Shown: positions 28,927-38,241, counted from the stretch's first letter. The stretch: DNA of 64,000 nucleotides from a virus (IMGVR_UViG_2706796076_000001), one strand, 5' to 3'. Notes: generated from the sequence alone by a model not told the origin. Numbers and translations: made by a program.

Positions 28927-31263
28927 ATGAAACAATTATTATTAATGAGAGGTGTACCAGGTGTAGGTAAATCTACTTTTATTAAAGAGAAAGGACTAGA
29001 AAATTACACATTAAGTCCAGACACTTTAAGATTACAATTCGGTTCACCTATCTATAATGAAGAAGGTAGAATAGCGATTACTCAAGATAAAGATAATCTA
29101 GTTTGGAAAACACTATTTGAAATTTTAGAAAATCGTATGAGTAATGGTGAATTTACTGTAATTGATGCTACACACTCTACAGGTAAGTTAATTAAACGAT
29201 ATGAGAAGTTAGCTAAAGTATACGGTTATCGTGTTTATGTAGTAACCTTAGAAGAAGACTTAGATACATTAATTGAACGTAATAACCAAAGGGAAAAATT
29301 AAAACAAGTTCCTGTAGAAGTTATTGAGAATATTTATGAAAGACTACAACATGAACATATTCCTAGTGTTGCAAAAGAATTAAAACCTGAAGAAGTATTA
29401 AGTTCTCTTGAGTGGGATAAAGATTTTATGGAAGTAAGTAATTATGATAAAATTCATGTTATCGGTGATGTACATTCTTGTTTCACAGCTTTAAATGAAT
29501 TTGCTAGTTATAACTACATTGTAGACCACCCTAATGAATTATTTATTTTTGTAGGAGATTATTTTGATAGAGGCTTAGAACCTAAAGAAACTTTTGATTA
29601 TTTAGAACTTATCCATAACTTAGATAATGTAGAATTATTAGAAGGTAATCATGAAAGACATTTACGTAGGTATGCTCACTTAGATACAGATACGTATGAA
29701 GAGCTTCATAAAGTGAGTGATGACTTTAGTAAGTTATTTAAATTAGTCTTAGATGTATTTAAAGCTAGAGGTTTTGTTTACACGTTAAAATCTTTCCTTG
29801 ATAATGGTATTACACCTAAACGAGTACGTGCTATTTTAAGAAACTTACAACAAGTTCTATACTTTAATTATAGAGGACAATACTATGTTATTAATCATGG
29901 TGGTATCTTACCTAATATGTTAGATAATTTAAATAAAGTATCAACACATCAACTTATTAATGGTGTAGGTAGTTATGAATTTGATGTAGACAGTAAATGG
30001 AAAGATAGTTCAGTTATTCAGATTCACGGTCATAGAAATTTATATCGTGAACGTTTAGATTTAACAAAAAATTCTATTAATCTAGAAGGTAGAGTCGAAA
30101 AAGGTGGTTACTTAAGAGCAGTAACGATTAACAGTAATAATAGTATCGACCCTGTATTAATTAAAAATGAAAAATTTAATCATAAGTTCTTAGTTAATGA
30201 AGACTATTTAAAATCAATTGATAAAGATTTAACAGTAGATAAATATTTAAATTTAGCTAAAGAAGAGAAAAAATCTATCAAAGTCATTGAACAGTACAAT
30301 TATGTAGTATCTGTTAACTTTACTAAAAAAGCATTTGATAAAAAAAGATGGAACCAATTAACAGTAAGTGCTAGAGGATTATTTATTGATACTCTAGTAA
30401 ATAAAATTTTAGGTAGAGGTTATAATAAATTTTTCAATATTAATGAAAGACCTGAGACAAAATTAGATGCATTACCTGATATTATTAAATTTCCGTTATA
30501 TGGTTATAAAAAAGAGAATGGTTATTTAGGTTTAGTTTACTTTGATTCTAACATTGATGATTTAGTCTTTTGTAGTAAATCAAAAACACATTTAAGTAAG
30601 CATAATAATGATTATGCTCTATGGTTTAAAGATTTATTTGATAAGCAGTTTGATGATATTCAAGTAGAAACAATCGTTAAGTATCTTAAAGAACATGATA
30701 GAACTTTAGTGTTTGAAGTTATTGATATTGAAAACGACCCACATATCATTGAATATGATAAAAGTCATATCGTTTTATTAGATATTATTCATAATACTTT
30801 AGAATTCAAAAAAGAAAGTTATTCCAATACTTATACATTTGCTTTATCTATTGGAGTACCTTTTAAATCATGGTCTCTTATGTTCGATACTTGGGTAGAG
30901 TTTTATGATTGGTATAAGAATAATCATAACTCTTTAGATATTAAACATGAAGGATATGTATTTGAAGATTCAAATGGTTTTATGTTTAAGTATAAATCTA
31001 AGTACTATAATGACTGGAAATACATGAGAGGTATCGTAGAAAGCTTAGCTAAAGGTAATGATAGACGACCTATTCAAAGAATTTTACAAGAAAACGAAAG
31101 TTTAAGAGCTTTTTATTACTGGGTTCGTGATTATTCTAATTTAACTAGAAAAGAACTTAAGAATACAGATATTATCACTTTAAGAAAAATGCAAGAAGAA
31201 TTTGCAAAAAATGAAACAGGAAGAACTCATAATGAAATAAATCAAGTTTGGAGAGATAGTTAA
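28927..31263 (+). CDS. Pnkp-like trifunctional RNA repair enzyme: P-loop polynucleotide 5'-kinase + calcineurin-like phosphoesterase + ligase-like nucleotidyltransferase
   Basis: The N-terminus MRGVPGVGKST (Walker A) resembles T4 Pnk GCPGSGKST. The middle domain has GDVHSCF, FVGDYFDRG and EGNHERH (PPP-family motifs). The C-terminal domain has YGYKKENGY (motif I, KxNG), HEGYVFEDSNGF (motif IV) and MFKYKSKYY (motif V, KxK) in ligase order and spacing. Confidence 0.65.
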   Translation: MKQLLLMRGVPGVGKSTFIKEKGLENYTLSPDTLRLQFGSPIYNEEGRIAITQDKDNLVWKTLFEILENRMSNGEFTVIDATHSTGKLIKRYEKLAKVYGYRVYVVTLEEDLDTLIERNNQREKLKQVPVEVIENIYERLQHEHIPSVAKELKPEEVLSSLEWDKDFMEVSNYDKIHVIGDVHSCFTALNEFASYNYIVDHPNELFIFVGDYFDRGLEPKETFDYLELIHNLDNVELLEGNHERHLRRYAHLDTDTYEELHKVSDDFSKLFKLVLDVFKARGFVYTLKSFLDNGITPKRVRAILRNLQQVLYFNYRGQYYVINHGGILPNMLDNLNKVSTHQLINGVGSYEFDVDSKWKDSSVIQIHGHRNLYRERLDLTKNSINLEGRVEKGGYLRAVTINSNNSIDPVLIKNEKFNHKFLVNEDYLKSIDKDLTVDKYLNLAKEEKKSIKVIEQYNYVVSVNFTKKAFDKKRWNQLTVSARGLFIDTLVNKILGRGYNKFFNINERPETKLDALPDIIKFPLYGYKKENGYLGLVYFDSNIDDLVFCSKSKTHLSKHNNDYALWFKDLFDKQFDDIQVETIVKYLKEHDRTLVFEVIDIENDPHIIEYDKSHIVLLDIIHNTLEFKKESYSNTYTFALSIGVPFKSWSLMFDTWVEFYDWYKNNHNSLDIKHEGYVFEDSNGFMFKYKSKYYNDWKYMRGIVESLAKGNDRRPIQRILQENESLRAFYYWVRDYSNLTRKELKNTDIITLRKMQEEFAKNETGRTHNEINQVWRDS

Positions 31264-31331
31264 TGTTAACACCTGAACAAAAAGATAAACTTAAACAAGA
31301 ATAGTTAAAGAGAAGAAAGTAGGTTAGGTAT

Positions 31332-31604
31332 ATGGCTTGGTTACTATTAGTTGCTTTAATTTTTGTAGTAATCATACTAGGTATAATTATTGGAGCAACT
31401 AAGCTATTTGAGTATGTAAGGAAAGAAATAGAGAAAAGAGAAATTAATAAGAGATTAAAAATGGTTGACTATGAGATTGAATTAAAAAACCATGAAAAAG
31501 AAGCATTAGAATCATCAACATTGAGTGTATCTCAAATTAAAGAACTTGAAGAAGAAATATCAGAGTTAAAAAAACTTCATAAAGATATTAAAAAAGGAGA
31601 ATGA
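31332..31604 (+). CDS. small membrane protein with coiled-coil tail (possible partner of the SPFH protein)
   Basis: N-terminal TM LLLVALIFVVIILGIIIG, then a charged helix. Its stop overlaps the SPFH gene SD. Confidence 0.45.
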   Translation: MAWLLLVALIFVVIILGIIIGATKLFEYVRKEIEKREINKRLKMVDYEIELKNHEKEALESSTLSVSQIKELEEEISELKKLHKDIKKGE

Positions 31605-31606
31605 TT

Positions 31607-32413
31607 ATGGAAAGTAAAGTAAAAGCAGGTTTAGGATTAACTATAGGCGGTATTATTATTGTTGTAGCAATTATAATTGCGTTTCTAAGTATTGAAAGAG
31701 TACCGCAAGGAACAGTAGGTGTTGTATACTCACCTAAAGGTGTTAAGGATAATACTCTAAGTCCTGGCTGGCACTTAGTAGCACCTATGAACAGAGTAAA
31801 TGAATATCCTACAAGAACACAAACTATCAGCTACAAAGATATGAATGTATCAACGTCAGATGGTAAAAACCTTAATTTAGATATTGATGTAAACTATAAA
31901 GTTGATAGCTCAAAAGCAGTTGAATTATTTAATCGTTTTGGTAGTGCAGATATTGAACAGCTAGAAAAAGGTTATTTACGTTCAAGAGTACAAGATAACG
32001 TACGTCAATCTGTTTCTAAATACTCAGTAATTGATGCTTTCGGTGTTAAAACAAGTGAAATTAAAAAATCTACTTTAGATAAACTTGAAGAAAATCTTAA
32101 AGGTCAAGGTTTTATTGTTGAAGATATTGCTTTAAGTTCTCCAAAAGCAGATAAAAATACTCAAAAAGCAATTGACAGTCGTGTTAAAGCAAATCAAGAA
32201 TTAGAGAGAAAGAAAGTTGACAAACAAATTGCTAAAGAAGAAGCTGAACGTAAAGAAATTGAAGCAAAAGGTACTAAGAAAGCAAATGAAATTGTAGAAG
32301 AATCATTAACAGATGAGTTACTACAAAAACAACTTATTGAAAAATGGAAAGGTGATACACCTATCACATTACCAGATTCAGGAAATGCTATATTAGATAT
32401 GAGACATAAATAA
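31607..32413 (+). CDS. SPFH/band-7 (prohibitin/stomatin-like) membrane protein
   Basis: N-terminal TM, then a typical SPFH core (GTVGVVYSPKG...LSPGWHLVAPMNRVNEYPTRTQT...) and a C-terminal coiled coil rich in E/K/A. GGAGA sits 6 nt before ATG 31607. Confidence 0.65.
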   Translation: MESKVKAGLGLTIGGIIIVVAIIIAFLSIERVPQGTVGVVYSPKGVKDNTLSPGWHLVAPMNRVNEYPTRTQTISYKDMNVSTSDGKNLNLDIDVNYKVDSSKAVELFNRFGSADIEQLEKGYLRSRVQDNVRQSVSKYSVIDAFGVKTSEIKKSTLDKLEENLKGQGFIVEDIALSSPKADKNTQKAIDSRVKANQELERKKVDKQIAKEEAERKEIEAKGTKKANEIVEESLTDELLQKQLIEKWKGDTPITLPDSGNAILDMRHK

Positions 32414-32464
32414 TATAGATAAAGAACCGATTGTTAATCTAAAATAGTATTAAAATTTTTTACT

Positions 32465-32493
32465 GACCCCTATTGACAGGGGTCTTTTTTTTA
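32465..32493 (+). terminator. rho-independent terminator with -35 box embedded in loop
   Basis: GACCCCT-ATTGAC-AGGGGTC followed by T8. The loop TTGACA, an 18-nt spacer and TATAGT form a promoter for gene 32532. Confidence 0.75.
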
Positions 32494-32531
32494 TGTTATA
32501 GTTTATATATAATAAATAAGGAGGAGTAAAA

Positions 32532-32720
32532 GTGATAGGTTTTATTATTTTAGCAAGTGTATTAGCTTTATTTTACTTAGCTATTTGTTTTAGTGTTTTA
32601 GTAGAAGTAATTAAACTATTTAAAGATGGAAATAAAGAAGAAGCCATACCTCTATTAATAATGTTAATTATGGTAGTGCTTATCTTAGTAAGCCTTATCT
32701 TAATAGCATTAGGTATATAG
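32532..32720 (+). CDS. 62-aa double-TM membrane peptide (GTG start)
   Basis: SD AAGGAGGAG. Very hydrophobic. Confidence 0.45.
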   Translation: MIGFIILASVLALFYLAICFSVLVEVIKLFKDGNKEEAIPLLIMLIMVVLILVSLILIALGI

Positions 32721-32734
32721 AAAGGAGTTATATA

Positions 32735-32911
32735 ATGGAAAGTGAAGAGCAATTAAAGGAGTATGTGAATTCTTTAGAAAGAATTATTACTGATGTAGAG
32801 TACTTAAAATTAGACACTAATGGTCTTATCAATACTGTATGTTTAAATAAAGCATTAGAAGAGCTAAACAAAGTAAAACGTTCTTACAAATACCATTTAG
32901 AAAATTTATAA
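32735..32911 (+). CDS. hypothetical 58-aa protein (below ORF-track cutoff)
   Basis: SD GAAAGGAG 8 nt before ATG. Reads MESEEQLKEYVNSLERI... Confidence 0.4.
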   Translation: MESEEQLKEYVNSLERIITDVEYLKLDTNGLINTVCLNKALEELNKVKRSYKYHLENL

Positions 32912-32926
32912 AGGAGAAAATAAAAC

Positions 32927-33436
32927 ATGTATTTAAATGATTACGTAGGAAAATTTATAAAAAGTAACAATATTAATGGGTACCAATCCACAAATCTAGT
33001 ATCTAATTATGTAAAACGATTAACTTTAAATAAATATACAACTAAGTTAAATGCTAGTAGAATGAAATACGAGAAATTACCTAATTCTTGGAAAATCATT
33101 AAGTCCAAAGAATTATTAAAAACTGACGATTATAGAGAAGGGGATATATTTGTATCAGAAAAAATATCTATATTTGGATTCAATGGTATCATTGTTTACA
33201 ACCATAATTTTGATAACGTAGCTGTTATTACTCAAAATAGAGATGGTAAAGGAAATAAACCCGTAGAAAAACACCTCTTTCCAAAGAAACAAATTGATTA
33301 TATTGTTAGACCTTGTAAACGAGATTATGAAGAACATTTTAAAAAATCAAGTATACAAGAAAAAGTAACTATTTCTAAACAAGAATATAATAAACTATTA
33401 GATGCTTATAACAAAATGAAAGATGTATTTTCATAA
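32927..33436 (+). CDS. hypothetical protein (169 aa)
   Basis: SD AAAGGAGAAAA. Confidence 0.5.
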   Translation: MYLNDYVGKFIKSNNINGYQSTNLVSNYVKRLTLNKYTTKLNASRMKYEKLPNSWKIIKSKELLKTDDYREGDIFVSEKISIFGFNGIIVYNHNFDNVAVITQNRDGKGNKPVEKHLFPKKQIDYIVRPCKRDYEEHFKKSSIQEKVTISKQEYNKLLDAYNKMKDVFS

Positions 33437-33489
33437 AAAATAAAAGGAGAAGATACTAATGAAAATAATTACAAAGGAGTGTATAAATA

Positions 33490-34599
33490 ATGAAAATTGT
33501 ATTAGGTATGATGATAGTTTTCGTAGTTTTTTTAGTTATTTTTAGTGTAATTTTTGCATTTCTCGAGTCTAAACCAGAACCAACAATAAAGAAAAAAGAT
33601 GATATGTTCCTATTTTCCAAGTATGATATTGCTAAAAGTTTAGTAAATAAAATCAAAGAAGATTTGGACTTTGATTTAGTAGAAGTTAGTGACTACTCTA
33701 AGTATAGTCTTGAACGTACACGTAAATACGGACATGAAAATTTTAAATTTTTACTAAAACTAGATTGTTCGTATAAAAATCCTAGTTTAAATCTAGAAAT
33801 TTATAATAGCTTAAACAAAAAAGTTTTATCTTATTTTTTAATGAGTATTTATGATTTGGATTATACTTTAGATGGTTATAAAGCACATAAAGCATTAAGT
33901 TCTATTTTTAAAGAAATAAACTATAATATAACTTCTGTAGAGAATAAAATCAAAAGTTTTCAAAAAATTAAAGAAATAGTTAAACCATATATTATAGAAA
34001 GTCAGAGTATTAATGTAGAATTGAAATATAATAATATACCTTTAATTATAGGATTAGTTCCTGATAGAGAACAAAAAATAAATGAAATAATATTATCTTC
34101 TAAAGGGAATTTTAGAGATGTTAAAGAAGCTATATGTATTCCTAGTTTTACTACTCGTGATTTAAAATATGTATTTGTTACTGAAAATAATGTATTAGAA
34201 ACTATTAAATCTTATACAAATGACTTATTATATGATTTATCTGATTTCCAAGATGCTTTTGATAGTATTACAAAAATACCTATTAATGGTTATATCTTAC
34301 AAGAAACAAGTATTAGATATTATGAAAGTCACGCAATATCATTTAACTATGTTAAAGGCAGAAATACTTATAGATTCTTTGTTAAACCTTTTGATAGAAC
34401 ATACACGTATCAAAAGAATAATCTAGATGAAAGAAAAGGTTATTTTGTAGGTTTTAAAGACTTAATGAGTAAAATAAAGTTTGAACTTGATAAAAGTAAA
34501 AACATTGTTCCATTTGATGTCGAAGATAAACCTGAGTTAGTATATAATACAGCAAAAGGTATATTAGAAACTAAAGATAATATTGAATATATTGAATAA
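33490..34599 (+). CDS. hypothetical membrane-anchored protein (369 aa)
   Basis: N-terminal TM. SD AAGGAGTG. Confidence 0.5.
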   Translation: MKIVLGMMIVFVVFLVIFSVIFAFLESKPEPTIKKKDDMFLFSKYDIAKSLVNKIKEDLDFDLVEVSDYSKYSLERTRKYGHENFKFLLKLDCSYKNPSLNLEIYNSLNKKVLSYFLMSIYDLDYTLDGYKAHKALSSIFKEINYNITSVENKIKSFQKIKEIVKPYIIESQSINVELKYNNIPLIIGLVPDREQKINEIILSSKGNFRDVKEAICIPSFTTRDLKYVFVTENNVLETIKSYTNDLLYDLSDFQDAFDSITKIPINGYILQETSIRYYESHAISFNYVKGRNTYRFFVKPFDRTYTYQKNNLDERKGYFVGFKDLMSKIKFELDKSKNIVPFDVEDKPELVYNTAKGILETKDNIEYIE

Positions 34600-34607
34600 A
34601 TTATAAA

Positions 34608-34635
34608 AACACCCTTGACACTGGGTGTTTTTTGT
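34608..34635 (+). terminator. rho-independent terminator with embedded -35 (ACACCC-TTGACA-CTGGGTGT + T6)
   Basis: The loop TTGACA (34615-34620), a 17-nt spacer and TATACT at 34638 form an overlapping promoter for the next operon. Confidence 0.7.
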
Positions 34636-34674
34636 TATATACTTAGACTACAATAAAGTAAAGGAGTTTTAAAT

Positions 34675-34869
34675 ATGGAAAAAGGTAAGAAAAAAGAAAA
34701 TTTAAAAGATAAAAGCCATTTAGAATTTAATAGTAGTAAAGATTATAGCAAATACATTATAAAGAATGATAAATTATTAAAAACATATATGCATGAAGAT
34801 GTAAAGCAATATGACATTGATAAGCTACCAAAACCAAGTACAGTAAATAGGAATAAATATATGAGGTAA
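34675..34869 (+). CDS. hypothetical protein (64 aa)
   Basis: SD AAAGGAG. Confidence 0.45.
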   Translation: MEKGKKKENLKDKSHLEFNSSKDYSKYIIKNDKLLKTYMHEDVKQYDIDKLPKPSTVNRNKYMR

Positions 34870-34901
34870 TAAAAGAATCATTTTATAAGGAGCGATACTA
34901 T

Positions 34902-35411
34902 ATGAGTAATATAGATGACAAATTTGATAAAATATTGAAAAATATATCAAATATGACTGATGAACAAATAGAAAGCATTAATAATGGATTAAAAGAAAAA
35001 GAAAATAGAAGAAATTTAATTTTAAAGAAAGCCAAAAACAAAGATTTTGATTTAAATAAAATGTTTACTGAGACAATTGAGATACTCGGAAGTATCTCAA
35101 CAGAAGATATTCTGTATCTCTATAAAGATAAGTATAAACATCTATATTCAAGTGAAGAGTTTATGCATCAAGAGTTAGAATCTATTTGTAAGTATATCAA
35201 TAACTTTTACAATGATAATGTGATGGAATATCCTCCATTTTATATTGAAACATATTTCGGTATGGTTATATACTTACGATACAATAATGAACTGTTTAAG
35301 TATTTTTATATGCAAGGGCAAGGAACATCCGAGGGTTTCACTAAAGGAGGACTAGATAAAAAGGTAAAATATTGTTTGAATTTAAACACTGATACAATTG
35401 AAAGAATTTAA
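34902..35411 (+). CDS. hypothetical protein (169 aa)
   Basis: Preceded by the conserved motif CATTTTATAAGGAG. Confidence 0.5.
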   Translation: MSNIDDKFDKILKNISNMTDEQIESINNGLKEKENRRNLILKKAKNKDFDLNKMFTETIEILGSISTEDILYLYKDKYKHLYSSEEFMHQELESICKYINNFYNDNVMEYPPFYIETYFGMVIYLRYNNELFKYFYMQGQGTSEGFTKGGLDKKVKYCLNLNTDTIERI

Positions 35412-35440
35412 AACATACATTTTATAAGGATGAAAATGTT

Positions 35441-35608
35441 ATGAATGAGAAAATTAAAGATATTAATAATTTAGAAATAGGAGATTTTGTATCAGTATTT
35501 TTTAAAGGTAATGAAATCGGTGGAGAATTACCTTTGTTAATCATTGAGAAATTTGAAGATAAGGTAATAGGTTTAAATCATTCAGGTAGCACATATGTGA
35601 TAACGTAA
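35441..35608 (+). CDS. hypothetical 55-aa protein (below cutoff)
   Basis: Preceded by ACATTTTATAAGGA. Reads MNEKIKDINNLEIGDFVSVFFKGNEIGG... Confidence 0.4.
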   Translation: MNEKIKDINNLEIGDFVSVFFKGNEIGGELPLLIIEKFEDKVIGLNHSGSTYVIT

Positions 35609-35742
35609 TGAAGTAAAGTAACTTTGACACTTCCTGCACATTATGTAGAAGATATTTATTTTAATAGATTAAAACAGTATTTAGATACACTAATAAAATT
35701 AAAAAATTAATTAAAAGAATTATTTTATAGGAGGAGCTAGTT

Positions 35743-36051
35743 ATGATAGTTAAAAATGTAGATTCTATTGTGCTAGAAAGTATGTATAGTTGGTTATTAG
35801 ATAACAAAATAGAAGAATATAAAGTAGTTAAAGAAGATATATACTCTAATCATGGTTGTCATATCCTACTAAAAAAAGGAACAATACTACTTGAAACTAA
35901 AGGTAGTTATGAAGATTCTTTAGGTACTAGATATGTTCTAAGCCCTAAGACAGTAGAAGTTAAGTTAGAGGGATTTTACGAGAATGGTGTAGGTTTTAAA
36001 TTTGAAGAACATAAAATTAATAAGGAATTATATAAAATTGATTTAACTTAA
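35743..36051 (+). CDS. hypothetical protein (102 aa)
   Basis: SD ATAGGAGGAG. Confidence 0.5.
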   Translation: MIVKNVDSIVLESMYSWLLDNKIEEYKVVKEDIYSNHGCHILLKKGTILLETKGSYEDSLGTRYVLSPKTVEVKLEGFYENGVGFKFEEHKINKELYKIDLT

Positions 36052-36077
36052 CTAGAAAACTTTTAGGAGGAGTAATT

Positions 36078-36239
36078 ATGGATTATGAAAAAATATTTAA
36101 AGAACTGATGAGAGATGTTGAAAATATGTCAACAGATGAAAAGAAACATTTTAGAAATTTAATGTTTAGTGCGATAGGAGACTTAGATATATTGATACTT
36201 TTTGAAGAAAAGAGTGGCGTTAAAACACACATTTTATAA
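36078..36239 (+). CDS. hypothetical 53-aa protein (below cutoff)
   Basis: SD TAGGAGGAG. Reads MDYEKIFKELMRDVENMSTDEKKHFRNL... Confidence 0.4.
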   Translation: MDYEKIFKELMRDVENMSTDEKKHFRNLMFSAIGDLDILILFEEKSGVKTHIL

Positions 36240-36254
36240 GGAGTAGAATAAAAT

Positions 36255-36761
36255 ATGACAAAAGTAAAAGAAATAGTATTAGTTTTAGAAAATTGTGAGT
36301 ACATCAAGATTCCAACCAAGCATTTAGCAAATATAATTATTGCGGATATAGATATAAGTGTAAGACGAAATGCAATCAATAGCATTGCTAAGCTCCAAAC
36401 TGCTAATAGTATCTATTTTGATATTATTAATCCAGAAACGATTAAAACTTTAGGTCTATTTGATGAAGAAGATGAAGAAAGCCTTAGTTGTTCTAAAAGA
36501 CTAATTCAACATGCAGATATAGCAAGTGTAGAAGTTGCATATGATGATAATTCAAAAGAGGAGTATTTTGTAGATTGGAATTGGGATAACGAGTATTTAA
36601 ATAGTTATCAAGACACGCAAATTGCTAAGAATGGAAATCTACATGTTTTAATAAATCGGAAGAAAAGGCTAAAAGAATTTCTTGATAGTGAGAATTTTGA
36701 GGTTAGTTATGACTATACCATAAAAGAAAAAGAAAGTAATGAGTGGGGTTTCTGGGAATAA
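36255..36761 (+). CDS. hypothetical protein (168 aa)
   Basis: Preceded by ACACATTTTATAAGGAG. Confidence 0.5.
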   Translation: MTKVKEIVLVLENCEYIKIPTKHLANIIIADIDISVRRNAINSIAKLQTANSIYFDIINPETIKTLGLFDEEDEESLSCSKRLIQHADIASVEVAYDDNSKEEYFVDWNWDNEYLNSYQDTQIAKNGNLHVLINRKKRLKEFLDSENFEVSYDYTIKEKESNEWGFWE

Positions 36762-36787
36762 CATACATTTTATAGGAGGAAATAATT

Positions 36788-37024
36788 ATGAAAAAGAAAT
36801 TTACAATTGAAGTTGAAATGGAAGAAAGATGGGTTAATGAATTTATGTCAATGCTAGATAAGATGGAGTATTTAGGTGACTTAGGCGCATCAAGAACAGT
36901 TTCTATATATGCTGATGGGAATGGGGATTTTCGACCTAAGTTTAAAGCAAGTGTAAATTGGGATAGGGTTAGACCTAAAGATGCCGATTATGATTTAAAT
37001 GATAATCATTATGATGCAGGGTAA
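36788..37024 (+). CDS. hypothetical protein (78 aa)
   Basis: Preceded by ACATTTTATAGGAGG. Confidence 0.5.
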   Translation: MKKKFTIEVEMEERWVNEFMSMLDKMEYLGDLGASRTVSIYADGNGDFRPKFKASVNWDRVRPKDADYDLNDNHYDAG

Positions 37025-37047
37025 GATACACATTATAGGAGGAAAAT

Positions 37048-37458
37048 ATGAATTTTATTAAAAGATTATTTAAAAATTTGTGGGAATACTTACTATTACC
37101 TTTAATATTAGTATTATTAGTTTTGATTATACTTGCCATTACAATTGGTGTAATATCCTTTATTGCAATACTCCCTAGTTTACTATTAAATCATTTCAAT
37201 ATTCAATCATATTTTTTAACCATACCAGCTATGGTTTGGTTTTTTTCTGTCTTTGGTATACCTATTGTTTTTCTTGGTTATTTTAATGAGGAAGAAAAAG
37301 TTAAATGGTATAAATTATTGTTGTATGATGTATTATGTGGTTGTGCATTTTCAATATTATCTTTATGTATTATTCATCCAATATTATTTCTATACATTAT
37401 CTTGACAATTATTGTAATAGCTGTTATAGTAATAATAATTAAAACAATAAAGGAATGA
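37048..37458 (+). CDS. polytopic membrane protein (4 TM)
   Basis: Preceded by ACACATTATAGGAGG. Hydrophobic throughout. Confidence 0.5.
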   Translation: MNFIKRLFKNLWEYLLLPLILVLLVLIILAITIGVISFIAILPSLLLNHFNIQSYFLTIPAMVWFFSVFGIPIVFLGYFNEEEKVKWYKLLLYDVLCGCAFSILSLCIIHPILFLYIILTIIVIAVIVIIIKTIKE

Positions 37459-38000
37459 TGAAAATGGTAAGATATTATAATTACTGTCCTAATTGCGGGC
37501 GTAATAAAGTAGAAAGTGTAACAACAAGTGTAACGTATTTGGTATGTATGAATAAAGATTGTCGATTTGCTCATATTGTAGAACCACCTAATTCTATGGG
37601 AGATAAAAGCAGAGAATATACAACAACATTGAGTAAGGAAGATTGGTCAAAAATAACAAAAAACATAGATGTTGATGAAATTAACAATGATTCTTTAACT
37701 AGTTTTTCAAGTGATGATTCAGTTTTAGATTATACACAAATCATTAAAGAACTAGTATATAAAAAGGATATCGATAAGGAAGAAAATAATAGGTATAAAG
37801 ATATATGGTTTAAATACAAAGAAGAAAAAATAAGTGCTTATAAATATGGTTATGAGAAGTTAAAAGAAGTTGAAGATTTTAGTTATGTAGCTCAACCAAT
37901 AGAACGAACATTAAGTATTTTAAAACAAGATATTAAGAATATGGATGAATTAGATGGTTTAAATGATTTTGAAAAACTTATGAAAAAATTAAATTTGTAA
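37455..38000 (+). CDS. zinc-ribbon protein (CPNC...C..C)
   Basis: YCPNCGRNKVESV...CMNKDCRF. ATGA overlap with the upstream gene. Confidence 0.45.
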   Translation: MMKMVRYYNYCPNCGRNKVESVTTSVTYLVCMNKDCRFAHIVEPPNSMGDKSREYTTTLSKEDWSKITKNIDVDEINNDSLTSFSSDDSVLDYTQIIKELVYKKDIDKEENNRYKDIWFKYKEEKISAYKYGYEKLKEVEDFSYVAQPIERTLSILKQDIKNMDELDGLNDFEKLMKKLNL

Positions 38001-38015
38001 AGGAGTTAGTTTATA

Positions 38016-38216
38016 ATGGCTACAAAGAAACAAATTAAGTATGTACAAGGATTACAAAAAGAATATGGTTTAAGAAATGAGGAAATATATAAAGCGAGTG
38101 AAATTAATAGAATGACACATCTTGAAATAGGACAAATTATTGATTATTATAGAACAGAAATTGATAACGAAAGAGCATACAATGAATGTCTAGAAGCTGG
38201 TTTACCTAATCAGTAG
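38016..38216 (+). CDS. hypothetical protein (66 aa)
   Basis: SD AAAGGAG. Confidence 0.45.
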   Translation: MATKKQIKYVQGLQKEYGLRNEEIYKASEINRMTHLEIGQIIDYYRTEIDNERAYNECLEAGLPNQ

Positions 38217-38241
38217 TAATTAAAAAAGGAGTTAAATATAA

